From Escherichia phage vB_EcoP-ZQ2: a stretch of 64,000 nucleotides of DNA. The position numbers and the translations under genes are program-made. Where the stretch lies: the sequence record NC_070874.1; one strand, 5' to 3'. A model generated the notes under the pieces. The model searched no databases, was not told the origin of the DNA, and saw nothing but the letters and a program-made list of their open reading frames with translations. Shown piece by piece: positions 43,311-54,300 of this stretch (its first letter is position 1; each line of letters starts with the position of its first letter).

Positions 43311-43615
43311 TACTTATCCTTTGGAATCATGTTTGCCTGGAACTCTGGTTCAGACATCAGACCCAGATTGCTAAGAGACAGATAAACAATGTCTTTCAGG
43401 TCAACTGAGGTGTCGAAACGTTGATCCAGACTAATCTTCAGTGAGTGATTGGCACGAGCCAAATCTTTATAAGTCACATAAGGTTCATCAGTGAGCAACA
43501 TTGTGTTCATGGTAAGCAGGGAACCATCATCAACTTTAGGAAGTTGGAAGACTACCTGTGCTGCTACCATCCAATGATATTTTCTGACTACAGTTTCTTT
43601 AGTACTTTTGGTCAT
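43310..43615 (-). CDS. hypothetical protein
   Basis: 101-aa ORF. Confidence 0.4.
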   Translation of the reverse strand: MTKSTKETVVRKYHWMVAAQVVFQLPKVDDGSLLTMNTMLLTDEPYVTYKDLARANHSLKISLDQRFDTSVDLKDIVYLSLSNLGLMSEPEFQANMIPKDK

Positions 43616-46191
43616 GCGAATGCCTTTTGAATTATTTGATGAACTTCTTCTGGGGTAGCGTGATTTGGAATTTCAATCTCGTTAGCCCACGTTGGGTAAA
43701 ACAAGGATAGTTCCCCACCCAAACCAACTTCTGGATGAGCAATATCAGGATGGTCTTGCCAGTTAACGGCCTCAACCAAGTGCTTGTTCGTGAATTGCAA
43801 AGTATCCATGTTGTCACGAATCATGAAGTACTGAGCATCGTGAATGTGAATACTAGGACGAATATCTAACCTGAACTCACTGGCTCTGACTTTACGCATA
43901 AATTCTGAACCAGCACGGTTATTCAGTAGACACCAGCTTTGCCCTAAAGCATTACCAGCAGTTCTGCCTTCTGCTTCTGCTTCATACGGAGTCTTACATG
44001 TCCCACGTAATACTTGAGCCAGTAAAGGAGTACGCACTCTCAAACCGAATGCGGCAGTAACATAACCAGTTTTGGCAGCTTCGTCTAGCTTAGCCTGAAC
44101 CCATCTGTCACTAACTACATAGAGATCGTGATAACGTTTCTCTGTAGTTTTAGCCTTCTCTTCAGAGAAGCCACAGTTTTTCATTAAGCCCATATAAGTA
44201 CCACCATAGGTAAGCAGGAAGGTTGGAGCCTTCGAGTCACTACGCAATGATTTGTACTTATGCTGGATGGAGTTAATGGATTCTACCGTATCTTCAATGT
44301 CTGGCATCTGCTCACCAAAGTAAGCATACGCACGAAGACTGTGACCATCATAACCATCGGTATACACCTTAAGCTTCTGTGGGTCTTTGGTAGTTAAAGC
44401 TGAGATACGGTCTTCAAGGCTCGCAAAGTCCAGTCCACAAAATATCCAACCCGGTGGTGCTTCGAAGCATTTCTTAATCTTCTTGGCGTATTTGGAGCCA
44501 GATGGAATGGTTTGCAGGTTTGGTTCAGAGGCAGATAATCTACCAGAAACCGTTCCCCCCAAATTGAGGTTGCCGAATAGGTAGTGCCATCCATCCGGCC
44601 CAGGTTGGGCATTTCTAAAGGCCGGTATGAAGCTAGTGATAATCTTATCCACGAGCTTATAGTCGATAAGTGCATTGAGCAGTTCCTTAACATCGTCACT
44701 CTGCGTATGCGTACGCAGTGCTTTAATAGTGTCACCGTCAGTAGCAGGTTGCTTGCTCTTAGTGAGTCCAAGAACCGGTAAGCCAATATAATCAAATAAT
44801 AATTTCTGTAACTGTGGACCGGAGTTAGGATTAAACTCGATGTCACAGTCAGCAAGTGTTACTTGTTTCTTCTTGAGCTTAGCATTCTTATCATCTACCC
44901 ATTCCTGACGAAGCATCAGGGTGAAGTTCTTCATGAGCTTGGACTCACGAATAGTTTTCAGAGCCTGGTTCCTGTCAGTTTCCATCTCCTTAGCTACTTG
45001 GTTAACGGTATCCATATTCATGGGCATACCGGTTAACTGCATCTGAATGATGTCTTCACAGGCTGGCTTAAAGATGTTGTTGTAAACATCCAGTTGGTCA
45101 TCAGCAATGAGGGTATCCCAGTGCTTCTCGTAGGTATACCACGTACATAAACCGTCAATAAGGTTGTAGCGTAACAATTGCTCATTAGGAATAAGACGAA
45201 TGTCTTTAATATCATCCTGAGCATAGTTACCAGCATACTCCTGAGCCTGGTCTTTCAGACTAAGGTGATTACCGGCACAGCTGTTAGTAGCTAAGTAGGT
45301 GATTAGCTTAGTGCAATCCCAGTTACGTAGCATGATATCCATGCCATGCAATAAGCCTTCTGTATCAATCAGGTTATCCATGAATAACTGATAGATAAGC
45401 ACGTACACGTCATAGCTAATGTTGTGATACATCTGTCGTTGTGTGTACTTAATGAAGAACTCACGGAGAAGATTTCGAACAATATCATTTCTGTTTATAC
45501 GCCCGTATGGTGCTTCAGTAGCCCCAGGAATTGGCTCGTAGTCCACATTAAAGGCTATGCCTTGTGTCTTACTCCAACAGAATGTAATTGTCCCTATACC
45601 GGCGTTATAATGCTTTAAACCGAATGCTTCGATGTCTATAGCCAAAGGCTTATTCATCTCAAGCAACTGGTCTAGCCAGGCTTTAATCTTCTCTGGAGTA
45701 TCCGGGTAGGCTTCAAACTCAATGATTCCTTGACCTGGTTCAGCATACTGACCACGTATGTGGTTAAGTAATGCATCCATACCCTGAGCAATCTTGGCTT
45801 TTACTACAGGTGGGTCATAGAAGACCTGCCTGTAGCTGGGTGTATAGATAACCTTCTGTTTACCCCATACTGAGTCACAAACATAGCCGAGGTTAGCCTC
45901 TGCTTTAGCTTCTTTAGTCAGTATTTTGAAGTAATCAGAATCGGTACAGATAATGTACTGAGTTTCTGCATCATCCAGTACTTGTTGCAGTTCCTGCTGT
46001 ATGAACTCTTTAATTTCCCTTGCAGGAGTCTTCTTCTTGCCTGGGGCAGAATGAAGTTCAATGAAGATGAAATCTTCCATGCTTAGGTCATTAGGCAGCA
46101 GGTAGGTTTTAATCATCTCCTCCCTTCGGATTTGATGACCGAGGATAGCAATAGGATACTTACCCGTATCCTGAGAGGTGATGTAACGCAT
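43612..46191 (-). CDS. DNA polymerase, family A, with 3'-5' exonuclease domain
   Basis: 859 aa; exo motif LAIDIEAFGL; Pol A motif A GLDFASLEDRI, motif B K...TFLLTYGG, motif C IHIHDAQ. Confidence 0.85.
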   Translation of the reverse strand: MRYITSQDTGKYPIAILGHQIRREEMIKTYLLPNDLSMEDFIFIELHSAPGKKKTPAREIKEFIQQELQQVLDDAETQYIICTDSDYFKILTKEAKAEANLGYVCDSVWGKQKVIYTPSYRQVFYDPPVVKAKIAQGMDALLNHIRGQYAEPGQGIIEFEAYPDTPEKIKAWLDQLLEMNKPLAIDIEAFGLKHYNAGIGTITFCWSKTQGIAFNVDYEPIPGATEAPYGRINRNDIVRNLLREFFIKYTQRQMYHNISYDVYVLIYQLFMDNLIDTEGLLHGMDIMLRNWDCTKLITYLATNSCAGNHLSLKDQAQEYAGNYAQDDIKDIRLIPNEQLLRYNLIDGLCTWYTYEKHWDTLIADDQLDVYNNIFKPACEDIIQMQLTGMPMNMDTVNQVAKEMETDRNQALKTIRESKLMKNFTLMLRQEWVDDKNAKLKKKQVTLADCDIEFNPNSGPQLQKLLFDYIGLPVLGLTKSKQPATDGDTIKALRTHTQSDDVKELLNALIDYKLVDKIITSFIPAFRNAQPGPDGWHYLFGNLNLGGTVSGRLSASEPNLQTIPSGSKYAKKIKKCFEAPPGWIFCGLDFASLEDRISALTTKDPQKLKVYTDGYDGHSLRAYAYFGEQMPDIEDTVESINSIQHKYKSLRSDSKAPTFLLTYGGTYMGLMKNCGFSEEKAKTTEKRYHDLYVVSDRWVQAKLDEAAKTGYVTAAFGLRVRTPLLAQVLRGTCKTPYEAEAEGRTAGNALGQSWCLLNNRAGSEFMRKVRASEFRLDIRPSIHIHDAQYFMIRDNMDTLQFTNKHLVEAVNWQDHPDIAHPEVGLGGELSLFYPTWANEIEIPNHATPEEVHQIIQKAFA

Positions 46192-46200
46192 AGCCTTACC

Positions 46201-46731
46201 TTAGAAAATCAGATGGGAAGCTGCATAGTACTCAATAGAGGGAAGAATCTTCTCATACTGTTTTATTGCCATAGGATCACCAGCAAGTGTCCAGGCTGCT
46301 TCACGAGTACGTGGCAGTTCCTTGTACTTACCAGTCTGGTCTTGGGCCACCAGACACTCAGGCAGAGCATCACGTACATCCTGATAGGACATACAACCGC
46401 GAACCAGGCGATATACAGTCTGGTTCACAAGGTGTACTTCCATAATCAGACGACTGGAGGCTTTCAGATACTTGTCCATTGCAGGCCAAAGTTCTGGATT
46501 AAGTGTTAATCGTTCACCGTAGGTTGGAGGTCTGGAAGCATTAGAACGCTGATAGAACTCACCTTGATAAAGGAATCCAGCCGATACATCAATACCATTG
46601 ATACGGTCGTTCTTATCAATGATGCCGTTTAACACACTATCAAGACGAACCAGTTCTGCTAAGAACAGGTGTTTGACTATCTCACTGCTATTGGCAACTT
46701 GACCAATAGTTGCTGAACCAATCTGAGGCAT
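46201..46731 (-). CDS. hypothetical protein
   Basis: 176-aa ORF between helicase and DNA polymerase. Confidence 0.45.
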   Translation of the reverse strand: MPQIGSATIGQVANSSEIVKHLFLAELVRLDSVLNGIIDKNDRINGIDVSAGFLYQGEFYQRSNASRPPTYGERLTLNPELWPAMDKYLKASSRLIMEVHLVNQTVYRLVRGCMSYQDVRDALPECLVAQDQTGKYKELPRTREAAWTLAGDPMAIKQYEKILPSIEYYAASHLIF

Positions 46732-46741
46732 ATATCCTCCC

Positions 46742-48052
46742 TTAGAAAGTTAGACCACCATACTTACTGGCAAGATTGCCATAGAACACTACTCGCTTAC
46801 GGGCACGAGACACAGCGACGTAAAGCAAACGGGCAACCATATCAGGTTGGCGACAGCTTGAGAGGTCATTTGCATCAATGAAGATTGTGTCGTAAGTAGA
46901 GCCTTGTGATTTATGGACAGTACATGCGTGAGTAGCACGTAGGTCTGGAATGGTTTCTTTAAGACGGAAGTAAGGTTCCCAGTTCTTCTCCTTACCCAAC
47001 CACTTAACCAAACGGTTGAAGTATTCTGGGTCGGTAGGAACTGGAACTTCACTTACAATACCACCATAACCAAGGTCCAGAGTACTATCACGAACTTCCA
47101 GTTCCAGGTCGCCTGTAACTGGAATCATGCGAGTACTGCTATCCTGGTCAATGAGTTTTACGTCTTGCTCGATAGACAGACGGTCTTCCACCCCTAAGCG
47201 AACAGCAGAGTTAGAAACTAACTGTTCACCGATGGAGTACTCACCTACATAGCCATTAGCTTCACGAATGTAGTTATTGTAATTAATAACCTGGTCATTC
47301 GTATAAGCAACAATACGGCTATTGGTAGGTTGAGTGAAGTGACTGAGAACCAGTTTCTCCATCTCTTCTCCCTGTACCCAATCAATGATGCCTGGAATAC
47401 ACTTAATAGGCAGGAAGCCTGTCTTACCTTCCACGGTATCACGCAATTGCTGGTGCAATGCTTTGAGTTCCGGTGCATCGGTACGCATCTGTTCAGTCAG
47501 ATAGTGTGTTGGGATATTACCTGCATACACTGGAGACTTATTCTCTTTAACAGGCAGAAGCTGAGAAGCATCTCCTACGAATACCAGTTTGCACTGGTGA
47601 GTACCTTCACGAGCATACTTAAGCAACTGACGGTCAATCATGGATGCTTCATCTACGAAGATGATTTTGTTCTTCTTAATATTGAATGATTTAGACGGCA
47701 CTACGTTAGCTTCACCAGTCTTAAAGTCATTCTTAACAATCAGTCCCTGAAAGGAATGATAGGTAGATGTAGGACGTCCAGTAGCCTGAGCCAGAACTTC
47801 AGCAGCTTTGTTCGTGGTCGCAGTCATAACGACTTCGTTATACAAGGGCTTGGTTCCCATAAGGGAGCAAGTTTCCATATATGCAGGCATAGTGTCATCA
47901 ATGAGGTGCGACATTAGGAATGTCTTGCCAGTTCCCCCTGGGCCACTAATATTGAATTCGGTAGCATTAGGGTCGAGCAGGAAGTCGAAGAACTCCTTCG
48001 CAACCGCTTCTTGCCCCTTGTTCAGTGGGGCTTTGGTAGGTTTGGAAAACAT
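46742..48052 (-). CDS. SF1B DNA helicase (Dda/RecD-like)
   Basis: Walker A GPGGTGKTF, Walker B FVDEASM, TVHKSQGSTYDTIFID and AVSRARKRV motifs. Confidence 0.8.
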   Translation of the reverse strand: MFSKPTKAPLNKGQEAVAKEFFDFLLDPNATEFNISGPGGTGKTFLMSHLIDDTMPAYMETCSLMGTKPLYNEVVMTATTNKAAEVLAQATGRPTSTYHSFQGLIVKNDFKTGEANVVPSKSFNIKKNKIIFVDEASMIDRQLLKYAREGTHQCKLVFVGDASQLLPVKENKSPVYAGNIPTHYLTEQMRTDAPELKALHQQLRDTVEGKTGFLPIKCIPGIIDWVQGEEMEKLVLSHFTQPTNSRIVAYTNDQVINYNNYIREANGYVGEYSIGEQLVSNSAVRLGVEDRLSIEQDVKLIDQDSSTRMIPVTGDLELEVRDSTLDLGYGGIVSEVPVPTDPEYFNRLVKWLGKEKNWEPYFRLKETIPDLRATHACTVHKSQGSTYDTIFIDANDLSSCRQPDMVARLLYVAVSRARKRVVFYGNLASKYGGLTF

Positions 48053-48063
48053 TAAAATCTCCA

Positions 48064-48087
48064 GTAAAAAACCCTCCGTAGAGGGTT
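48064..48087 (-). terminator. rho-independent terminator (minus strand)
   Basis: minus strand AACCCTC-TACG-GAGGGTT followed by TTTTTTAC. Confidence 0.6.
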
Positions 48088-48544
48088 AGATGTAAGGGGT
48101 TAAATCCGGGGGAGTATAGTCTTTCCCTTTCATAACTTTCATATTCTCATTGAAGACAGGTTCTCCATCTTCAAACTTAGAATAGTTAGAGCGATTGACT
48201 TCAGCCAATGCTCCAGGGACATTCATCCCAAGGAAAGTACCGACGCCAGTTGCTGTAACAATCTGGTCTGCCAGCGAATCCAGTAGTTCTACTGAATCTT
48301 TTATAACAATACTGTTATCTTTTTTGAGCAGATTGCCCACATGGTCAATTGCTGCCCGTAATGCATCAATTTGTGAGGCACGTTCCGGGCTTTTACTGGT
48401 AATAGCGTTTAGCATTTCTGCTACTTCTTCCAGATGGCAACCAATCTGGGTACTAATGTTCTTACTCGTCGGATTCGGTACGGCTTTTAGAAACCATTGC
48501 CGTGTGTTTTCCAGCGTACAAACGGATGAACTTGTCATGCTCAC
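48086..48544 (-). CDS. hypothetical protein, possible MazG-like all-alpha NTP pyrophosphohydrolase
   Basis: 152 aa; helical EE/D-rich pattern loosely MazG-like; overlaps upstream ORF so start uncertain. Confidence 0.35.
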   Translation of the reverse strand: MSMTSSSVCTLENTRQWFLKAVPNPTSKNISTQIGCHLEEVAEMLNAITSKSPERASQIDALRAAIDHVGNLLKKDNSIVIKDSVELLDSLADQIVTATGVGTFLGMNVPGALAEVNRSNYSKFEDGEPVFNENMKVMKGKDYTPPDLTPYI

Positions 48545-48857
48545 TCTCTTGGTTAAGGTGGCGATTGTTATATGCCTCCAGAATTAAGTCTCTTACATAT
48601 GAGCGAATCTCATAAGCAGGACCAACTTGTTCTGATAGCCAATCAGCCACATGGGTTGGTAAAGGACGTAATACGTTTTCCATGAACGTCCGACGTGTGT
48701 CGGCTGGTTCAATGTTTAGAGAACGCAATCGCAAAGTAACAGTAGTTGGGTGAACCCCCAACGTCTTAGCGATAGTTGCGAGGGACAGACCAACAGCATT
48801 CATACGAATGATGTCTTCATCAGTTGCTTTGCGATTACTTCTGAATACTTTAGACAT
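48462..48857 (-). CDS. putative helix-turn-helix DNA-binding protein
   Basis: 131 aa; ...GLSLATIAKTLGVHPTTV... HTH-like. Confidence 0.4.
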   Translation of the reverse strand: MSKVFRSNRKATDEDIIRMNAVGLSLATIAKTLGVHPTTVTLRLRSLNIEPADTRRTFMENVLRPLPTHVADWLSEQVGPAYEIRSYVRDLILEAYNNRHLNQESEHDKFIRLYAGKHTAMVSKSRTESDE

Positions 48858-49083
48858 AGCTTATTTCCTCTTCAAAGATAGCCTCACTTTATTATAAGTG
48901 AGGCTATTTGAACAGGCTAGGACTGGTTCTTATACCATTCCCCGAACTCTTTCATCGCATCTTCTAGAGACAAGCCTTCAAAGAATTGACTAAAGTGTCC
49001 GTTGTACGTCACACAAATCCTTGTAACGGTTTGCTTTAAGGGTGTGATTACTTCCCGTATATCCACCTTATCAATACTAACCA

Positions 49084-51120
49084 TTACTTAGCAGCCTTAA
49101 CTAGTTTGGTAGCTAACTTAGCTTCTTCTTCGGTCAGGCTCATTGCAGTGAATGACTTCTTAGCATGGCGCTTATAGTCTTGCAGAGCATGGCCTTTCTG
49201 ATAGTCGGAATACGACGTATCATTCAGGATGCTACGCAGATTATCAGCGTGTGTTCCATTAATTGGTTTAGGGGCAGTTTTAACAGGTTTGCTTACCTTC
49301 ACCGGTTTAGCTTTTGGTGCAGGAATGCGAGTACTACGGATAGTAGCAATAGCATCTACTACATCACTACCTACGTCGAATGCACCCCAAGGCTTACGAG
49401 CTTTACCACGCAGTTCTACTAGAAGGTCAGCAGCAGCTAACTTATCTTCTGGTGTTGTTGCAGTGAGGAACTCTTTTACCAGTTCCTGAATTTGTTCTTT
49501 CACAGTAGGAGCCTTCTTAATAATAGGTTTAAGGTCAGTAGCTTTCACTGGTTCAGCAGCTACAGCTTCATTCAGCGACTCTTCCATATTCAGTGCTTCT
49601 TTACTAGCAACTGTACGGAATTGTTCTACAGAACCAGATGTGAGATTAGTGTATTTGAGATTAGTACCACGATGTCCACCAACCATAATAAGTGTGGTAG
49701 GTGAACTATGGTTCCCAACGATGGCATCATTAAGCAACTTCTTACCTACTTCTGTCTTAGACAGGTAGATACCATTGTTAACGTTATTACGTTCCTCTTC
49801 CGGTAGTTCAGCAATAATATGATATGCAGATACACGCATCTTATTGGTGCTGTACTGAGGAACAGCAAACACATCTTCTGGTGCTACTTTACCAAGGATA
49901 GTTACGTCACCACCGAAGCTACGGATATAGCTCATGGATGCTACGTGTAGTCCATTAGAGCAGTCCTGGCGACGGTCAGGGTCTACCAGGTCTTCACGTA
50001 CCTGCACTTTACAACCTACCCATTGACGAATGTTACCCGAGTGACAGTCAACGAATATACGTTTACCATTCTCTGCGTCTTTATACTTCAGACGTTTCAG
50101 GAACAGGATTGAACCATCATCAGCAATAGGTAGTTCAGCAGTTTCCATGAACTTCATCAGGTCTTCCACTGAGTGCAGACGATCTTTAATAACCGGAGCC
50201 AGACGCTCAAGGAACTTAGTAAAGCCCTTGTAGTCTTTTAGCTTGGCTGACTGACGTAAGTGACGCTGCAAGTTTTCAACTCCTGGGATAACCCCATTAT
50301 TGGTAACAGCAACAACTACCTCATCTTCCTTCACATCAGTGTGGAAGTTAGCATCATCAGTACTAATAGCTCCCAATGCAGCCAACTTTTCAGAAGCAGC
50401 AGCTAGCTTATCCTGGTTCGTAGTTTTAGTTACTTCAATGTAAGGTGGTGGGGTATGTTTACGGCTGGTGAATACAATGTGTACTCCTTTGATGTGCTTG
50501 GCTTGTTTAGCAAACTCACTCATTTCATCATCGGATACTGCACGAATTGCAATAGGCCATTCCTGTTTAAGAGTACGGTCGGTATGGGCATAACCCCAAC
50601 ACAATACATCGTTAATAAAGCGAACCAGTGCAGGATGGTTATGGTCCTTATCCCAGCCAGTAACCCACATCAAGTTGTCACGTCTGTCGTAGAAACCGTC
50701 TGCTACCGTTACTTCTGGTTCATTAGCCTGTACAGCCAGGAAAGTATCCATAGCTTTAGACACTAATGTTTTGGTTGGATTACCTAGCTTAATATCTGAG
50801 ACGATACGGTCAGGTTGAGTACCCGTACCATCTTGAAAGAACTCTTTCAGTTTAGCTTTAGCTACCTTGAAGAAACGGACGAATCCGTTAGTATTCTTCT
50901 CTGCTTCCAGATATTCAGTACGCAGGTTTACCTCTGGTGCAATGTTTACTTCTATCTGGTCTTTAGTAGTTCCCAGACCTTTGGTTTGTGCTTCAGATAC
51001 AATGCGAGCAACCCGTGGGTCGCTCTGAGGATATACAACCGTGGAGCCGTCAGGCTTCCACAATGTTAGGTTTCGACTGTCAACTGCCAGTGCGATGATA
51101 GAAATCAGTTCGATTTTCAT
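49084..51120 (-). CDS. rIIB-like protein
   Basis: 678 aa ORF immediately downstream of the rIIA-like gene; call by synteny. Confidence 0.45.
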   Translation of the reverse strand: MKIELISIIALAVDSRNLTLWKPDGSTVVYPQSDPRVARIVSEAQTKGLGTTKDQIEVNIAPEVNLRTEYLEAEKNTNGFVRFFKVAKAKLKEFFQDGTGTQPDRIVSDIKLGNPTKTLVSKAMDTFLAVQANEPEVTVADGFYDRRDNLMWVTGWDKDHNHPALVRFINDVLCWGYAHTDRTLKQEWPIAIRAVSDDEMSEFAKQAKHIKGVHIVFTSRKHTPPPYIEVTKTTNQDKLAAASEKLAALGAISTDDANFHTDVKEDEVVVAVTNNGVIPGVENLQRHLRQSAKLKDYKGFTKFLERLAPVIKDRLHSVEDLMKFMETAELPIADDGSILFLKRLKYKDAENGKRIFVDCHSGNIRQWVGCKVQVREDLVDPDRRQDCSNGLHVASMSYIRSFGGDVTILGKVAPEDVFAVPQYSTNKMRVSAYHIIAELPEEERNNVNNGIYLSKTEVGKKLLNDAIVGNHSSPTTLIMVGGHRGTNLKYTNLTSGSVEQFRTVASKEALNMEESLNEAVAAEPVKATDLKPIIKKAPTVKEQIQELVKEFLTATTPEDKLAAADLLVELRGKARKPWGAFDVGSDVVDAIATIRSTRIPAPKAKPVKVSKPVKTAPKPINGTHADNLRSILNDTSYSDYQKGHALQDYKRHAKKSFTAMSLTEEEAKLATKLVKAAK

Positions 51121-51124
51121 CAGA

Positions 51125-53692
51125 TTAGTTACCTTTCAGTTTATTTAGACGATTACGGTAGAGGGACTTAAACCCAGGAATATCCTCTGGATTCTTCTTG
51201 AGGTGTTTAACCAAACTACCTAAGTCCAGCGACTGTAGGATGTCATTTTTATTCCAGCTATAGCTGAATAATCCTTTGTAATCATTAAGTATTTGGAAAT
51301 ACTTATGATTGCGCGGATTAACCATCATTGTATATGGCTCTAAGTCATTAACTGACTTAATACAACCCATTTCAACAAGTTTTTCTTTGTTGTCATGTGG
51401 TCGATTTCGTAGAAAGTCATATGCCCATTCATACTCTGGTTTAAAAATCAGATTCTGTAATGGTTTGAAGGTTAGACCCAGTATGTCTAGAATTTCCCAA
51501 TACTCTCTGTCATCCAGTCCTACGTATTCCAGAATACCAATACGGTGTTCAGTGACATACTTCTTGAAGCCTTTACTGGTAATAACTGGCATCAGCTCCA
51601 TAAAGCGAACATCATCAATGTGGATAGCACCTCGTCGTTTGGCCTTGTTAGCCTCGATTTGATTGCGACAGACAACAGTTTCTGCTTTCATCTCATCAGA
51701 TAACTCATACCATTTCCACATGGTTCCAATCCGAGCAGTTACAGGGCTACCAGCACCAACCTGATTAGCCAGTACATAGTACTTAGGCTGTTCTACCTCA
51801 ACGAAACCATATTTCTCATGGAAGCTCGGGTCAGCAAAACCTTTGTCAATGTATGGCTTAGATACCAAATCACCATTTTTATCCCGTGCAGGAGTAGTAC
51901 CAAGAACTGCATTCAATGAAATCAGAGCATTGGTTTTACCCCCTGCTTTAGTTTTATTGGCAGCTATTGTCTTAGCTCGTTTCTCAGCAGCTAACTTAGC
52001 CTGTTCTCTACGGAAGTTAGTTGGTTTGTCCCACTCATTATATTGAGTAAGGTCAATTACCCGATAACCCATAGCAGTGAACTTAGCTACAGCCTCTTCT
52101 GCTGCACCCTTCTTAGGACCAACGACATGAACAAAAGCTGTACGCTCCAGGTCACCTCGGTTGTATTCAGGGAAATACGAGAAAGAGTCTGCACAATCAG
52201 ACAAACGCCGGGTAACTACAACATTCTTGGTAGTGAATATGCCAATACCCTGATGGGAGTTAGGGAATGCTCTAAAGTAGTCAATAAGCTTACCTTTTAC
52301 CAAGTCAACACTGTTACCTTGGTTCACTATGTAACCAGACCATTTAATACCCGTAGCTTTTAAAGCAGCAAGATGGGGTAAGTGCAGATGACGATATACT
52401 AATTTCTTGAATGGAGAGCATGTACTCTCTTCACGAGTATCCTTAAGAGCACGCATAGCTTTACCATACAGTTTCTTAAGACCTGCATATTCAGGACGAG
52501 CCAATAATGCCTTATCGGATAAGTTACGCCAGTGTTTAATGTGATGCTTACGTTGCTTAGCCCATAAACTAGAGGACATATAACGTTGAACAATAGGGTC
52601 TGTAACAGCAAGTAGGAAAGACGGATATTCCCAAAAGCGGGTAGAGGATTTAGAAGCATATTCTTCAACCTGCTTAATAGCTTCAGGAATCTTAGCCTTA
52701 ATCTCTTTCTCCATACGATCTACTAAATCTACACACAGAGTAGTAATACCATCATCAGTTAACTTCTGGTTAGATAGAGTTTCTCGGCTAGGAGCAATAG
52801 CTAGGGTATCTGGTGCAGCCTGAACTACTAGATTAGAAGCACCAATGATATTCATAAAGTTTAGGATAAGACCTACAGCCTCTTCACTAGCAGGGCTGGA
52901 TACAATTGGGTACATTACATTGCCGTAACGAACGAATATGTTACTGTTACCCATATAACCCTTATACCAGCTATCAGACATATCATATGAACCAGGTTCA
53001 AATGACATGCCCAGTGTATCCAACAGAGTGTAGTCGCCTTGCTGAATACTAATGCCTTCTTCTGTTTTAACGAGTTTAGTAGTACTAAGCTCGGCTTTAA
53101 TTTCACCGTTAAACACAATTGATTTGATGTAGTGAATAAAGGTATTTAAATCATGTTTGCCTAACTGGAATTTAACTTCCAGACCAGATTCCTCAGTAGG
53201 AATACCAGTAACAATGGGAACAATACCAGGCTTACCATCATTCTCAATCGCAGCCTTAGCCACGTTATATACCGACATTTTTCCCTGGTTCCATGAAGTA
53301 ACCTGGAAGCTATCTGTATAAGCGAATGGAGATTTACATCCCAGACCAAAGCCACCAGTAACACTACTGTTGGCCTTCTTAGTAGATGCACCATAGACAC
53401 CATAAATGGAACCAATGAGTTCATCCGGGATTCCGTTACCGTAGTCTCGGAAGGTAATAAAGTTGTCTTTATCAATAGTGATGCGAATAGGAGTATCAGT
53501 CTTACCTGCTTCAATATGAGCATCCCAACTGTTACAGATAGTCTCACGAACTACTGCCAGAGTAGGATTGTTATATAGGGAAGTACTTAATACATGGAAG
53601 AATGCCGGGTCATCAGAGATGCCAAAGGCAATTGTTTCTTTGCCACCCAATGTCGCTGAGGTAGCTACTTCATTGGTATCTGCAACTAACAT
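51125..53692 (-). CDS. rIIA-like protein with N-terminal GHKL-type ATPase domain
   Basis: N-box ETICNSWDAH, G1 DYGNGIP, G2 GGFGLG at N-terminus; 855 aa. Confidence 0.6.
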   Translation of the reverse strand: MLVADTNEVATSATLGGKETIAFGISDDPAFFHVLSTSLYNNPTLAVVRETICNSWDAHIEAGKTDTPIRITIDKDNFITFRDYGNGIPDELIGSIYGVYGASTKKANSSVTGGFGLGCKSPFAYTDSFQVTSWNQGKMSVYNVAKAAIENDGKPGIVPIVTGIPTEESGLEVKFQLGKHDLNTFIHYIKSIVFNGEIKAELSTTKLVKTEEGISIQQGDYTLLDTLGMSFEPGSYDMSDSWYKGYMGNSNIFVRYGNVMYPIVSSPASEEAVGLILNFMNIIGASNLVVQAAPDTLAIAPSRETLSNQKLTDDGITTLCVDLVDRMEKEIKAKIPEAIKQVEEYASKSSTRFWEYPSFLLAVTDPIVQRYMSSSLWAKQRKHHIKHWRNLSDKALLARPEYAGLKKLYGKAMRALKDTREESTCSPFKKLVYRHLHLPHLAALKATGIKWSGYIVNQGNSVDLVKGKLIDYFRAFPNSHQGIGIFTTKNVVVTRRLSDCADSFSYFPEYNRGDLERTAFVHVVGPKKGAAEEAVAKFTAMGYRVIDLTQYNEWDKPTNFRREQAKLAAEKRAKTIAANKTKAGGKTNALISLNAVLGTTPARDKNGDLVSKPYIDKGFADPSFHEKYGFVEVEQPKYYVLANQVGAGSPVTARIGTMWKWYELSDEMKAETVVCRNQIEANKAKRRGAIHIDDVRFMELMPVITSKGFKKYVTEHRIGILEYVGLDDREYWEILDILGLTFKPLQNLIFKPEYEWAYDFLRNRPHDNKEKLVEMGCIKSVNDLEPYTMMVNPRNHKYFQILNDYKGLFSYSWNKNDILQSLDLGSLVKHLKKNPEDIPGFKSLYRNRLNKLKGN

Positions 53693-53735
53693 TTATTTAC
53701 TCTCCAGATTAAATGTTGCTTCTCGGATGTGACTA

Positions 53736-54002
53736 TTAAGAATCTAATGCTGATTTACAGGCTTCGAAGATTACTTTACGCATTTCCCGTTCTTTTTCCG
53801 GTTCCTCATGGGGACTGTAACCAAAAGGACTGTTTTGCATAAAACTAGCCAGAATTAGTAAATCTTCTTTAGATAGTTCATCAATAGTGATGGAGTATTG
53901 GTTTTTGCTTTTCACTGTAGCGTTAGCCATTGCGTTTACCTGCCATTGCTTGAAGGACAAATACAGCCAGATCTGCTGCTTGGTCATCACTAACTGGATC
54001 AT
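53736..54002 (-). CDS. hypothetical protein
   Basis: 88-aa ORF. Confidence 0.35.
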   Translation of the reverse strand: MIQLVMTKQQIWLYLSFKQWQVNAMANATVKSKNQYSITIDELSKEDLLILASFMQNSPFGYSPHEEPEKEREMRKVIFEACKSALDS

Positions 54003-54300
54003 TACCGTGCCCTAATTGAATGTGACCTTCATCATCCCATTCATCAAGCATACGCTGTACTTCGGACAAACCGGCCTGAATCATTTCCTTGGTTGGTTCC
54101 AACCATAACTTACGTTCTTCTGCTAGTGCAGCAATGCACATGCATAGAGAGGCAATGTTTGCTGGGCAAGCAGCAATATCACCAGTTACTGCAATCTCAC
54201 TAAGTGGGACAGCCTTACCGGTTTTACTATGAATTACTTCAGGATTGATCATGAATTTGCTCCAGGTTATGGGCAGGAATAGGGAAGCATGGATAGTCAC
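53923..54300 (-). CDS. hypothetical protein
   Basis: 125-aa ORF. Confidence 0.4.
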   Translation of the reverse strand: MTIHASLFLPITWSKFMINPEVIHSKTGKAVPLSEIAVTGDIAACPANIASLCMCIAALAEERKLWLEPTKEMIQAGLSEVQRMLDEWDDEGHIQLGHGNDPVSDDQAADLAVFVLQAMAGKRNG

